A stretch of 63,204 nt of DNA, counting the filler, from Rhabdomonas costata (Eukaryota): NCBI GenBank assembly GCA_019059605.1. It is 35 parts of 35 records of this genome, joined end to end, with 100 filler letters (N's around TTAATTAATTAA, not from the genome) between each part and the next. Parts side by side here need not be neighbours in the genome. Positions count along the whole stretch, not along the records: positions 36,183 to 37,891 come from JAHMHO010010296.1; positions 37,992 to 39,699 come from JAHMHO010010297.1; positions 39,800 to 41,506 come from JAHMHO010010298.1; positions 41,607 to 43,315 come from JAHMHO010010299.1; positions 43,416 to 45,118 come from JAHMHO010010300.1; positions 45,219 to 46,926 come from JAHMHO010010301.1; positions 47,027 to 48,733 come from JAHMHO010010302.1; positions 48,834 to 50,552 come from JAHMHO010010303.1; 27 more parts are not named here. One strand, 5' to 3'. The notes under the pieces are model-generated. The model saw only the letters and a list, made by a program, of their open reading frames with translations. It was not told the origin of the DNA and did not search any database. The first letter of the stretch is position 1. The number at the start of each line of letters is the position of its first letter. Below are positions 36,258 through 48,912 of this stretch, in pieces. Position numbers and translations under genes: made by a program.

Positions 36258-37753
36258 GTGAACCATCTGCGGGACTGCATCCCGCCTTGTGGGCTTCGCG
36301 GCATTGACGCCACGGTCCCTAGGCACACACCTTAGGGTGTGCCATAACAAGGACTGGGGATACATGTACCTTCGATGTCCCTAATAATCTTCGATGGCTT
36401 ATTGTATTCCTTAATTGCCGATCCTGCTCCTCAGCACATCTTGGACGAGGTCAGAGCGGTCAACCAGCCAGCGGTCCAGAAGGCAGCAGACCCGCGGTGG
36501 AAGGCCCTGCAACCCTTTCAGCCTCGCTGCCTCCGCCACCAAGTCCTCGAGATGGATAAGGTGAAGCTTTGCGCCACAACCGCTGACACGTTTGGGAAAC
36601 GGCTTTTCTTTGCTGTGGGGAATAGAAAGGATTCCTTAAAGCCTTCGCTTATATGCGATCTTGTGCTAAAAACGGTTCACCTGTTTTGGCGTATTTTTTT
36701 TGGGGGGGGTACATCTCCGCTGTGTGACAAATGTTACCTAATAAGAATACCATATATTAACCAAACACTCAGTGCTCAAAGTCGCTAAAACCGTGTCCAG
36801 AAGGAAGTTTGGAGCTCTGGTAAATGCCGTGACGGAGTATTTTATGCGCCGAATTGGGTTGGCGAGTGTTTTCCATGTACCACATTCGCAATTGCTGAAT
36901 CAGCCCCTGACTTTTTGAGCTCGACAAATAAAACTGCCCACCGCGATAATTTTCACTTGTGAAGTCCTTTTCTTCGTTCTTGCAGGGCAGGCCAACAGCC
37001 TTTTTCTTTCATTCTTTTTTAAGGACTGCACTCAGGTGGAGGGCGCGATCGCGTTTGTGGACATCAGCGGCTTCAGCGCGCTGGCCAACACCATGGCTAG
37101 TCAGGGCTCCAAGGGGGCGATGATGATGTCCAAGGTTAGCGTTCTTTGTGTCGTGCAAGGCACAGGGATGCAGCTGGATTTTTGAAGTTCTGTGGGGGCA
37201 ATTCCTTCCAAAGTGACGTGCGGTGTAGAGTCCTGTCGAGAGGAAAGTATTTGTTTGGTGTTCCGGTGCATCCTGATCCAAACTGGTCGTCTTCACCTCG
37301 TGCAGATGAGGAGTTGGTACCTTCTTCAACGCGGAGTGGAAAAGACTATGAATCGCTCTTTGAATTACCGGCACCACCTTTTTGAAGCCACAAATTGCGA
37401 CTCTTACGGTCATCAGGATTACCGTTTCACCACCGTTTCTCGGATGTTTCCAGGTCCCGAGGTTTTGACATTTGGTAAATACAGCTTCTCGCTTTCACGT
37501 CAGTACATCAATGACTACCTGACCCGCCTGATTGAGGTGGTGTACGCCTTCGGAGGGGACATCGTGGCCTTCGCTGGAGACGCCTTCCTAGCGCTTTGGG
37601 AGTACAGCCCTACGAGAGACAGCCAGCGGGCGCCTCTGCTTCGCGCCACGCAATGCACATTGAACCTGCAGGAGCGGTTCAACCACTACGAAGTTCCGGG
37701 CACCTCGATTGTGCTTAAGATCCACGCAGGACTGACCTACGGGGGCTTCATGG
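36258..37753 (+). CDS. Soluble adenylyl cyclase (ADCY10/sAC-like) C1 domain. Exons 36258-36314, 36435-36542, 37036-37134, 37504-37753
   Basis: VEGAIAFVDISGFSAL....GSKGA..MSKYINDYL..LIEVV..FGGDIVAFAGDAFLALW...LKIHAGL. All GT-AG and in phase. Confidence 0.88.
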
Positions 37754-37993
37754 GTTTGCTTGCGTAGAGCTTTGCCACTGCTTTTTCTTTGCCTTACCTG
37801 TTGATTTCTGGGATCTTTTTTTTGTGATTGGGCGGGGGAGGGTGGCGCCTCGTTTTGCTTTTTCCGTGTACGTTCCTGAGGGCAATTTTGCNNNNNNNNN
37901 NNNNNNNNNNNNNNNNNNNNNNNNNNNNNNNNNNNTTAATTAATTAANNNNNNNNNNNNNNNNNNNNNNNNNNNNNNNNNNNNNNNNNNNNAG

Positions 37994-39699
37994 ATGGCGG
38001 CGTTCATGGAGTGGAGCAGGCTGAACCGTCTGGTCACGGTGGAGATTCCCAAGCAGGTGGTGATCGGAAAAAGAGAGTGTGCGTCGAGAATGTATGAGAA
38101 TGAATGTACATGTACATTGGTATATGATCTCTTTTTTTCCCCTGAGAAAAACTGGGGGAAGAGGGCCGTTATGGATTTGGGGAACAGAGGGCTGAATGAA
38201 AAACGGCAGAAAGGACCCGAAAGATGGTTGAGGAGTGCCGTCACGTGAACAGTAGCAGCAAGTCCATTATCGTACCGGGGAAGCCAACGCCCCCTAGGAC
38301 AGGTTAATTTCTTCGCAGGGGGTTAGAGAGACTTAGCCACCACCCCAGCACAAATGCTCTGTGTTTGGATAACTGACATCGTCCCTGTGCTCTACCGCTG
38401 ATTTCTTTTTTCGGATTCTTTTCTTTTCTGGGCATGAGAATGGGCTTGTGCCGCATGTGTTCCTTTGCAATGATAGCTTTTTTTGCGCGTGAGTTTACAG
38501 TCGCCCATTGTCAATTTGGCCGGTACTGCATCCAGAAACGTCGGAGCCACTTCTCGGAATGAAATCGGTGGCTTTTGTTTGAAACCTACGACAGGATCGA
38601 CAATAAAATCCGGGTCAAAACTATCGAAAGCCGATGCCCAAAGTAATTTTATGGAGTCCTTCGTCAGACAATGAGATGGTACCTTCTGGTTCCTGTTCTA
38701 GCGATTCTCAGTGGTTTCAGCTGGTCATGGTTGGATTTTTTTTAGTTTTCTGCGTATCGCGTTCTCAGGCTGGGGACTTAGCACTGGCTTGGGTGGCGAA
38801 CCATGCCACTGGTCCTCTTCGGTTTGTCATTGTCCTTGCAATTACTCCCCGACTTGCGAGGGTTCTGCGAGGGAAGCAAGTTCTTTCCAAACTGTAACGA
38901 TCCCTTCTCTCTGCTTCATTGCGCTTCTCTGCTGTTCAGGAAGAGGGGAGGAGTCAAGAAGAATGATTTATTGTTCACCCGGCTTTCGTTGGGATCGATT
39001 GCGGAACTTGTACGCACGTTTCGGTTACGTGTCCGCTTTTGTCACAGTTTTGCTTAGTGAATACTTCATGTGCTGTTGTTTCGGATTTACTGAACTATTT
39101 GTCGTAGGATACTTTCTGATGCGTGGTGTTGAGGCTGTTCATACCAAAAAAAACCAATTGAAGTTTCTTTCTCTGAGTAACTCGTCAGCAATCATGTGCG
39201 GGCGTGCTAAGCACGATCGCCCGGTTGAGGCAACCCTTTTTGTTTGCTTTCTTCGCTGTGCAGGCTAACCCTTGTGTACGGTGAGATTCTGTCTTCTGTC
39301 TTCGGTACTTGCCTTCTTTGCCCTCGTTACTTTTCCTTTCTCTTATTTTTTCTTTTCTGGAAATGTTCTCGCCCGAGGGCACTCCCGAGCCGCACGATAA
39401 GGGAAAGGCCGTTGTCAGGGAGCAGGTCCAAGACTCACCCACCTCCGCCAGCGCCAGCGCCAGCGCCAGCGCGGCGGGTACCCCAGCGGCGGTGGACCCT
39501 GCGAAGGTGGCCAAGCTGGTTGAGCTTGGGTTCCGCCCCGAAACCGCCCAGCACGCACTCTGGGCGTACCACCACTCCCTTCCTGCAGCACTGGAATTCC
39601 TGCTGGAGTCCTCCCAGATGCGACAGCAACACCCCCGCACAGCGGCCCGGCCACTTCCTTTCCTAGTCGCCCCCCCTCCATTTGCAGGCCTATCACGCG
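37994..39699 (+). CDS. UBA-domain protein. Exons 37994-38056, 38501-38529, 39365->~39620
   Basis: VDPAKVAKLVELGFRPETAQHALWAYHHSLPAALEFLL is a UBA domain (LxxMGF...A..AL......A..xL). The exons join in frame via a GT-AG intron and a proposed nonconventional intron. Confidence 0.7.
38530..39364 (+). other. Candidate euglenid-type nonconventional (non-GT-AG) intron
   Basis: Junctions c|ATCCAGAAA...TTTCTGGAAAT|g, with CAG at +4..+6, CTG at -8..-6, Y|R at both ends and an 8-bp terminal stem. Removal keeps the reading frame. Confidence 0.65.
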
Positions 39700-40162
39700 N
39701 NNNNNNNNNNNNNNNNNNNNNNNNNNNNNNNNNNNNNNNNNNNTTAATTAATTAANNNNNNNNNNNNNNNNNNNNNNNNNNNNNNNNNNNNNNNNNNNNG
39801 GGTTGTGGTAGTCCTGGTGAAACAAAAGCCGTGACAGCGGGCGGTTCTTGTGCATCCTGAGACTCGTCACTCCACTATTCGAGAACCATGCACCTCACGG
39901 AAGCATTTCCATTGGAAGCATTTGCAGGGGCCAGGTATGAGATCCACGCTTCCACAAATCCGATAGTGGAAAGCCGAAGTTCAGACACAAGTCAATACTG
40001 AAATCCAGATCATTTGGCCCATGCCAGATGCCTGACTTTATGCGGACGGAAACGAGCCCTCCAAAACGTTGAGTACTGGGCCACAGCCCCAACAGGCTAA
40101 GTCCCACAGTATCTCAATTCACCGCTTCACCTCACGAACACAGGGACATGGGGCGGGTGCAC

Positions 40163-40403
40163 CTGCGCAAGGTGACCAGAGTGTCCTCCATCGTGCTCAC
40201 CACGGGCAGCTGGTGGTTCTGGCCCAGATCATCGCCCACCGCCACACTGGGGCGGTGCGGTGGGGGAGTCAGCAAATCTATGGGCAGGCTTTGGCTCTCT
40301 TCCGCATTCTCCTCAAGGACTCCCGACGAGGGGTTCCGCGAGGCCACGGACCTGCGGTTACTAGGCAGCCTCACCGAAGGCATCCCGCAGACTTGGGAGG
40401 AAG
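40163..40403 (-). CDS. Internal exon of an unknown low-complexity protein
   Basis: gcag| acceptor and |gtgcac donor around an open GC-rich frame (MPSVRLPSNRRSVASR...TLVTLR). Confidence 0.35.
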
Positions 40404-43170
40404 CTGCCAAGGCCAAGGGGTGTGTTGGGTGCATTGCGCGCTGGCTGTTGCCTTATTGACTTGACTGGTTGCTTTGCCTGGTTGTTGGTGACCACTGTGG
40501 ACTGACGGGAGCACGCGCTGGGCACGGGTGCTCGCGAGAGGTCCCGTTGGAGCGAACGGTGCCGTGGGGAACCGGAACCACTCACCGCCGAACGTTCACA
40601 TATGGTAACCTCCCTTCTGCCCCACGACCTGCATTGCTCCATTGCTGCTCAGGTCTCTGAGACACTACACTCCTTCCTTAAAACTCCTTCCTTGGGGGGC
40701 TGGGGACTTTTCTCGCAGGAACGAACCTTGGAGCTTTTCTTTCGGGTGGGCAAACGGGAAGCACCGGTATCTACAGGCGTTGCCGTGCCAGCACATCAGT
40801 TGCGGGCTATTCCTTCCCTCTTCCACTGAACCTCCTGTACCTCGGAGTTGCCTCACTCACTCCTTGCTCTGGTGCTGCGAGTTCTGTCGATTCCCGTTGG
40901 GGGTCAAGGGGTGCGTGTGTGTGCACCCCACACACAATTCGACTCCGCGTGTCGTGCCACCCTTAATTTCACACCAACCAGGCACAAACAGGCGCCGTCA
41001 CGAGATGCTGGTAAGCAACCTACCTGCTTACTGTGCAACCCCGGGCAGACTAATCGGTCCAAAGGCTAAACCACTCCCCCACACTCCCACTACCATAAAA
41101 AAAATGAAGAGTCGACAAAGAGTGTAAGTCCCAAAAGAAAACCCAAGGAAGACCCAAAATACAGGACCACCATCCCCCAAGCTTGAGCTGCAAGAGTCAA
41201 GCCAAAAAAACCAGTGGAGGAAGCAACCCCGAATGAAACTTCAGCGCAAAGAAGAAAATTCCCCGGGGAGAGTGAAGGGTCACCTTTTTTTTTGCTACAC
41301 GAATGTTGTACGTGCAGGGATGAGGGTGCTTCTGTGCCTGGAAGAGGTCTTCTCACCGTTACTCACCCGTTACTACATCCCCCCCGCCCCACGATCTACT
41401 TCGCTACACGAAATAGTGGACGTGTGGTGGACCCAGCTGAGTAGTCCGGGACGGAACGGGACGGTCGATGACAGAAGATCGGGAAGGAGGAAGGGAATAC
41501 CAACCCNNNNNNNNNNNNNNNNNNNNNNNNNNNNNNNNNNNNNNNNNNNNTTAATTAATTAANNNNNNNNNNNNNNNNNNNNNNNNNNNNNNNNNNNNNN
41601 NNNNNNGGTTGGTGTGATTCCGCCTCCCCTGAACCGCGCTTTGTTTTGACAGTAAAAGGAGATAGTCCTCATACCATAAATGCGCTGTCAGACAAAGCAC
41701 ATGTATTGAATGGTTGACACGTTCAGGTATCCCCATGACAATGACAAGTGAAAACGTCAAACGTGATTATGGTGACCCCGAAATACCCCAAAATTCTGGA
41801 AACAGCTCACTGTTGAAAAATTCTTCTGATGCATTTGTGGAGGACGCCTTCAAAATTTGTCCCTCGTCAAAACCTATGTGAGTGCTACTGCAAGCATTCT
41901 CTGCTGCAAACTTCCTTTTTCTATCCTTTCAAAAAAAAAAAGCTCGCGCCCCAGCACAGACGCGTAAAAAGTCAGACGCGTAAAAAACTATGGAATAAAT
42001 AAGCGCATGACCTCCCAATGCAATGGGAGGGAAGGGTTGGAATACCGAAGCTCATCCAATAGGCCTTGGAGGGCGGTGTCTGTCTCCGCAAACAAAGCCT
42101 ATGCAGTACAAGGGCAATACACTGATGTGAAGCTGAGCACAGCCGCAGGTATGCCGCATTTCCCGAATTTAAACAAGCAGAGGCAGCTTTTATTGTGAAA
42201 GATGCGTCTGTTTTCATCAGAGCAAAACCAAAGGAAACGAAAGGGACGTTGTCGGAACGCAAAGGAGCGGAGGAAGATGCCCAAAGAGCGCAATGCGACC
42301 ATCAGGCGCGCGTTTGGAATGGGATACAAATAGCTAATAGTTTGACCCGGAACTACGAGTGAGCGCATCGGTGTAGAAAGCTAGCGCACAACAGTAGCAA
42401 ACCGAGGGGAAAAATAATGAAGCGATATAGGGCCGGAAGCAAAGCACCTCATGGCTCTTCGAGTCTGCAGCATCGATCTCAGTGATGAACACCATGTTCG
42501 AGGGAATGTGGGACCCAGAACCTGCGTGCGTGTGTGCGTGTGTAGAGCGGGATTACCACAGCGGTCCCTACACCAGGGCAGGGTCACCCAAATATGGGAT
42601 CAATTGGGAGATTGGGGGATGCCATTGACCACCGGCTCATGTCCAAGACATGGGGTAAGAGTGTTGGGATGCAAAGGCAGGCATTGCAGCATTATCTCGT
42701 GAGCGTAGCCCATCCCGCAAAGGTGCGGCAAGACAAAACCAATGGTCTCGAGAGTACACGTCACCAGAAGTGGCACAACATTAAGCAACAGAAGAGCTAG
42801 GCAGAAAAGTGTTTTCGAGGTCAAGTACACATGCACATTAGTGCAATCCACTCATCTCACAATCCAACGCTGAATGCTGCGCTATACAGTGAGAGGGGGT
42901 GGGGGCGCACACTTTTGTGCCAACAGCGATCCGGCGCAAAGGTGTGCCAGAAAGACGCGCACCCCTTGCTACATTCCAAAACCACACGGACGTAGGGGCA
43001 AAAATAGTGAACACATGTAGCGAAAAACAAACAAAAACAGGAACAAGAGCAAAACCCTGCAACCATTTGGGAAACATACGGGCAGCAGGCAAAGCATGAG
43101 CAGTGCGATGTCCTCGAATCTTCCTTCGCCATGATAATACTTTTTTCCGCAACGGGTATGATTGCCTTGC

Positions 43171-43309
43171 TTGTAAACACTTTGTCTCGTTCATGTGTTA
43201 TGTATTGCTCCGTTTTGTAAGTCGCTTTCTTGGCGGTGTGCTCTGCTTCTGTGCTTTGTATTTTTCGCTCTCTGCTGCTGAACAACTGAAAGAGACAAAG
43301 TGTTTACAA
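43171..43309. repeat. 18-bp perfect inverted repeat (43171-43188 / 43292-43309) at a contig end
   Basis: TTGTAAACACTTTGTCTC / GAGACAAAGTGTTTACAA. Confidence 0.85.
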
Positions 43310-43807
43310 CCCAAANNNNNNNNNNNNNNNNNNNNNNNNNNNNNNNNNNNNNNNNNNNNTTAATTAATTAANNNNNNNNNNNNNNNNNNNNNNNNNNNNN
43401 NNNNNNNNNNNNNNNACTGGTGGGCAAAAGTCCCAGAAGGGACCTACGGAAAGGGGGTGTGGGTGGGAAGTTTTTGGTGCTTTATGTGGGCAGGGGAATT
43501 GCCATCAGAGGAGGGAGAGAGTGCGATCAGCACCGCCTTGCTCAGAATCACTTCAGGTCGGGGTCCTCCCCCGAAGTGGGGCTGATGAGTGGTGCGGTTG
43601 GTTGTTGTGTTGGGCTGGTTCAGGTTTTGCAAGGGTCGAGGGGCGCGCAAATGAGGGACTGCGGTAGGAAAAGAGAGGAGGGCGCCCCATCACAATCGGA
43701 CCAAAGGCAGCAGGCAATGAGGCCACCCAATTAGCCCCCACAAAATGGGCATAGCTAATTACCGAGGCCAGGCGAGGTAAATCTGAACGGGGGGAGGGAT
43801 GCCGTAC

Positions 43808-43924
43808 CTCCCAAGTGGTTTTTCGGGGGTTGTGGTCGACGAAGTAGAACCGCCCAGAGGCTGGTTCCTGGCGCTTCTCCCAGCCCTCGGGAAGTGGAGG
43901 GCTGAACTCGCGCATGCCCTGCAT
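43808..43924 (-). CDS. WW-domain protein exon
   Basis: PPLPEGWEKRQEPASGRFYFVDHNPRKTTWE followed by a |gtacgg donor. Confidence 0.88.
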
Positions 43925-45249
43925 CTTTTCCCACACAGACTCTCTCTCTCTGCAAGAACAGGCCTTAAGGGCACCCGCTCGCTGTCCCTGCTGCAACAAA
44001 TGGGAGCGATGGGTGCTGCTCTCTTCGCGGCCCCCTGCCAAAACTGATATCTATGACACCCGCAGAGAGCTGGCTGTTGGGCAGACAAAGGGAGATGGTG
44101 GAGCTCAGGGGCGAGAAATGTGCTGTGATGTGCGCGCGCAAAACGAAGCCATATCATCCTCATCCGCAATCCAACATGTTCTTGACCCCCTTTCTCAAGC
44201 GTTATTTCCACTGATACGGAAACCGGAGACACTCAGTGATAATTCTTTCTTTTGGTGATAGGCTCCTGGTCCCCTGGGTTCGACGGGGTTCAAAGGGTTT
44301 CGAAGACAAACGTGTGACAAAATTATGTGATCATTTCTCCATTTTCTCTTTTTTTGGCGTTTGTCGAAGCCTTAGCTCAGATGCCTTTTCTATGCGATTT
44401 GGGGCCTGCAATAGTGGTAGGCCTCGCCCCCCCGCTCCCCCAAAGGGGGGCGCGGGCAGCTGAAAGTGAGTTTTCCCTTGGGATGCTTTCGGTCAAATGG
44501 CATATGAAAAAGGACAGTGGACAAACATACGTGAGCGCTGAGCTTTTTGAGCTTCGGACGCCTAAATGTGAACGTTTCCCTAGGTAACCCCCCCCCCTTG
44601 GTTTTTGACTGGGAGTTCACATAGGACTCTCACAGAATTTCGCTGGGGGTTTGGGAGACGATGAACATGTCCCAAGTGGTTTCCAGTGTGTTGGGCCACG
44701 GTACTTGGTGAGCGACCCAAAATTTAAGGTGACTGATAATCGGGACTTTGAACGCGGCGTACTCCCGCAAAGGTGCTCGCAAAGGTGTTACCCCAGCGCA
44801 GCACAAAAGCCACAGTCCCCCTGGAAGCACAAAAAACATCCCACTTACGGCGTGCCGAAGAGCACAGCGTAATTCTACCGAACCCAACACAAGTGAACAC
44901 ACGTCATCAGAAAGAGGATCGGGAAGCGCACTCCCACTTGCCTCATCATTGACGACACACAGTGTGGATACATTCTTTCGCTCACCTACCGCGACAAACA
45001 TCTGTAAAAGCGTTCACCCACCATAGCAAGAAAAACACAATAAAAAAGTAAGATTGGGGTGCTGTATTGAGCAAACCAATTCATCGCGTGAAAGTACTGG
45101 TGCGGGAAGCCGAGGTCCNNNNNNNNNNNNNNNNNNNNNNNNNNNNNNNNNNNNNNNNNNNNTTAATTAATTAANNNNNNNNNNNNNNNNNNNNNNNNNN
45201 NNNNNNNNNNNNNNNNNNTGTTTTTGTTGTCTCTTATCCTCCACACACT

Positions 45250-46060
45250 CCTCTGCACACGCCTCATGACCTCTCTTCCTCCCCCTTCGAGTGAAAACTC
45301 CACCCCAATCTTCCGCTGCCCCTTCAGCTGCTGTGCGTGCCAACAAGGATGGCGCTCCTCACCCTCAGCGTGTACAGTTCAGTCGGGGTCAACACCTTCT
45401 GCTGAGTGGCTGCGCGATCTGCGTCGATGGGTTTACGAACGGCTCATGCTGTCGCCAGTGCAGTGGCTGTGGTCTTTGCAATCCTTCTGATTCTCAGTCG
45501 CGGAACGGTGCTCGAGCTGATTCGCCCTCTCCTGAGGCGCTCGCTGCTCTGACAGTCACTTTCGCAGCATTGACTCGGCACCCTCGTCGTGGCTGCCGCC
45601 TATCAACTCGTCCGTGACGGCCCCTTCGCTGTGGAGAGTGTCCTGGGCTCCGACATTGCGCTATATTCCAAAGAGAGCCCGCATCCCTTGCGAAACCTTC
45701 ACTGCTGCTATCGAAGGGTCCCCTGACCAATCTTCTGCGTTTGTTGTCCTGGCCTTGGCCAGCTGGTGCTTCACCCCCTTGCTCTTCAGTCAGGCGGCTC
45801 CCGCTATCTTTGCGTTCCCGCGAGACCCGGCTGACAAAGTGCAGGGCGCTACCCAGGCCTCTTCTCCAAGCAGCAGCTGATGGGGCATTGTCAAAGGCCC
45901 CCCGCCTTCTTTTCAATGCCTCATCCTCCTCTCCAGACGAACAGGCTTCGCTGCAGCTCCTGCACCCAGCTGGAGAACCCTTAGCCGTTGTGGAACGGGA
46001 CCGTCTCGACATTCCCAAATCTGCAGTGCTCCGAGCGTGTCTCTCGTTTCCACCAGGTTG
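45250..46060 (+). mobile_element. Decayed CRE/NeSL-like (RLE-type) non-LTR retrotransposon, region N-terminal to the RT
   Basis: Frameshifted motifs PTLRYIPKRAR, AAADGALSKA..L and LQLLHP, typical of the pre-RT region of CRE-like elements. Several stops. Confidence 0.55.
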
Positions 46061-48195
46061 GGGGGCGCAATTTCATCGCTCTGGAAAAGAGCCGATCCCC
46101 TCTCGCTCTTTCCTGAGTCTCTGTGTGTATGTGCGTGTGGTTCATCGAACAAAACTTGCGGCTTTTTCTTCTTTTCACAATTGGGGAAACGGAAGTTTAC
46201 GGAGGAAACCAGGTACTCTACAGATTTTTTTACCGCAAAATATTATTTTTCAGCGGTCCTTAAAATTAACTTTTCCTGGACACCCGCTATTGGGCCTCTG
46301 CAGACTCCAATTCACAGTTCAAAGTGTACACCTTGCTTTACTAATCGTAGCTTCACTGCGTGACCCATTCAAGTGACCTCAGAATGCCATACAACGAAAA
46401 AAGCAGAAACACCTGCCGACGCCACGACCAAGTCCCTGTTAAGTTTACACGTTTTTTGTCATAGCACCGCTATAAAAAATTTCGCATCTTTAAAGGACCT
46501 TCTTGTACAGCAAATGGCAAAAGGGCAAAAGGCAGCATTTGCACCTCGCGAAGTATAAGGGTGCCTTCCTCATTTGGCTTCGGTCGAACACCACCGTCCT
46601 GCATTCCTTTCACAACAGCCTCCGTCCTGTTTTTAATTCCTTTCCTTTCCTTTCCTTTCCTCGCCCTTTCTTCTCCCCCCGACCCATCTTGGGCTCAAGA
46701 TCTCGCATCCCCTGGAATTGACTGCACAACAGCTGCTGTGAGAGAACGAGAACCACCACAGGCTCCTCCCCTTATTTACAGTTTTCCTTCCACCCCACTT
46801 TGCTCATGAGGGAGGCCTTGCCATCTCGTACTGAAAAAGTGTGTATTACTAGCATTTTGTGGATGAAATACGCAGCAGTTTGTACCCACTCCAGCTGTAG
46901 TTGTTGTACTTTTACAGCGCGGCCTTNNNNNNNNNNNNNNNNNNNNNNNNNNNNNNNNNNNNNNNNNNNNTTAATTAATTAANNNNNNNNNNNNNNNNNN
47001 NNNNNNNNNNNNNNNNNNNNNNNNNNGGGTTTGTGGGAGAGGCACCCAGGCAACATTCAGGTTGTTACTAACACCTTCCTTAATGACAGACTTATATTAG
47101 AGTGTTCAGTGATTGTTTTAATCATCCATAAGTTTAATTGCATGGCTCTAAAAATATTTTAAATTTTCTTTTCTGGTTTTATTTCCGTGTGCGACATGAA
47201 CTGTTGCAGGCGCATCTGCGGAGTAGAAGGCAATTGAAAAATGTGCAACCGTTAAGCCGCCCGAAAGTGGAAAGGATAAACTATGGTAGGTTTTGTTCAC
47301 ACTGATATGATTTAGTTAATTCCAAACATGGCGCAACCTAAAAGACAGGCAGCAGCGAATTCCTAATACTAAGCGGTGAAAGCGGCCCTAACGCGGCCAG
47401 AAAAGGAAGGGACAATGACATTCAAACAGTAATTAAGAAGATGTCGAAAACGTCGCAAAATCATACACTATGATTACCGGAGTGCCGATTGGCAACAAGA
47501 CCAGCGAAAGCTGCTTTTGAATTAAACATCCAAAACAACCTCGTCCGACTGAAAAACGCGCGTTCGGTGATTTGCAATGAACCATAAAAACGATGGCATC
47601 AAAACCAGTTATTTTAGGAAAAGGGATAAAAGCCAAACATTGAATTGTCGGGTTGGAGTCATGATCCTGGAGTCTTGGAGTCGGGATCTCAGGAGCTGGA
47701 ATATTTTCAGATAAGAAGCAAGGGTTGAAACACTAATTTGGATTGAAATGTCTTTGTCAAACACGAGCGGCCAGCAGGTTACAGGGGATTGTGGCCTTTT
47801 TCTCGACGAAACCAACCGACGGAACCGTTTTCACCAGGTCTCCACACAAAGATCATACCTGATCATTCGCGAAAGTTTGCTTGACAGACTTTTCTGTGCC
47901 TTCGCCTACTACATGACACAAACGCGTTTCTGCCACTATATCTTTATTCCGTGCCATGACGTGACTTCCTTCCACCAAAAACAAAAGTTTGCTACGCAAA
48001 CTATACATTACAGAAATAAATTCACTCATTGAATAAATTTTGCACAGGTCGCTGCACAGAAAGATAATGGAATCGAATTTAAAATGAGCCGCTTTGGAAT
48101 TATCAAGTGTATTTTGGGTACCAACCATAGCCCTCCACGGCAGTCTTTCCAAGGTACCCAGAAGTCTTCAGGCATCCACAGAATATATATGAGGA

Positions 48196-48733
48196 TCAAT
48201 CAGTTGCTGGAAGGAAGGAGGCGGCATGCAGATCGATATTGTTTTCTTCCAGGAACCGCAGAACACCAACAGACGCTTTTTCCTTGTACTGCCACGCTAT
48301 CCACCTCTTCCGCTGATCGATCAAGTACTGGTGTGGCACTCCCCTGGTGCCATCCATCCACTGCTTAATATTCCCCCAAAGCCCATACACCTTTTGTTTC
48401 GGGTGTTTCCTTGCTTCATCAAGTGCTGCTTCCCCCACTTGGGCTCGTGCGGCCTCGTTTTTTAACGTGGCCAAAGCCTCTTGCACCTAAACGAAATCGA
48501 AAATACGATCTCAAGCCATTCAAGGCCGAAGATCTTGCCGGGGGTGAAACTGCGAGGCATGCGGCCCGAGGGAAAAGTCAGAAGATCGAGCCTGGGGTTA
48601 GCGGGCCCCCTGCTTGGATGGCCACGAACGCGTTCAAAGCGAGCTTGCTGCCGGCGAACAGGCTCCCATCCCGCATATTTGCCCTCTAGGGCATCGGCTG
48701 CCGCGGCAACGCATTCATTCGTGCCCAACACAA
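48196..48733 (-). CDS. Protein of unknown function, 3' exons ~48733-48630 and 48486-48196
   Basis: The gttcgt donor and tttag acceptor join ...RQQARFER|VQEALATLKNEAAR...FLPATD* in phase. Confidence 0.4.
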
Positions 48734-48912
48734 NNNNNNNNNNNNNNNNNNNNNNNNNNNNNNNNNNNNNNNNNNNNTTAATTAATTAANNNNNNNNNNN
48801 NNNNNNNNNNNNNNNNNNNNNNNNNNNNNNNNNTTTTGGTTGTGCCATTTATTCTTCATCCCCGGCGCCGGTTTTTTGCCTCTGTGCGTTTCAAAATTTG
48901 TGGTTTGTGCAG

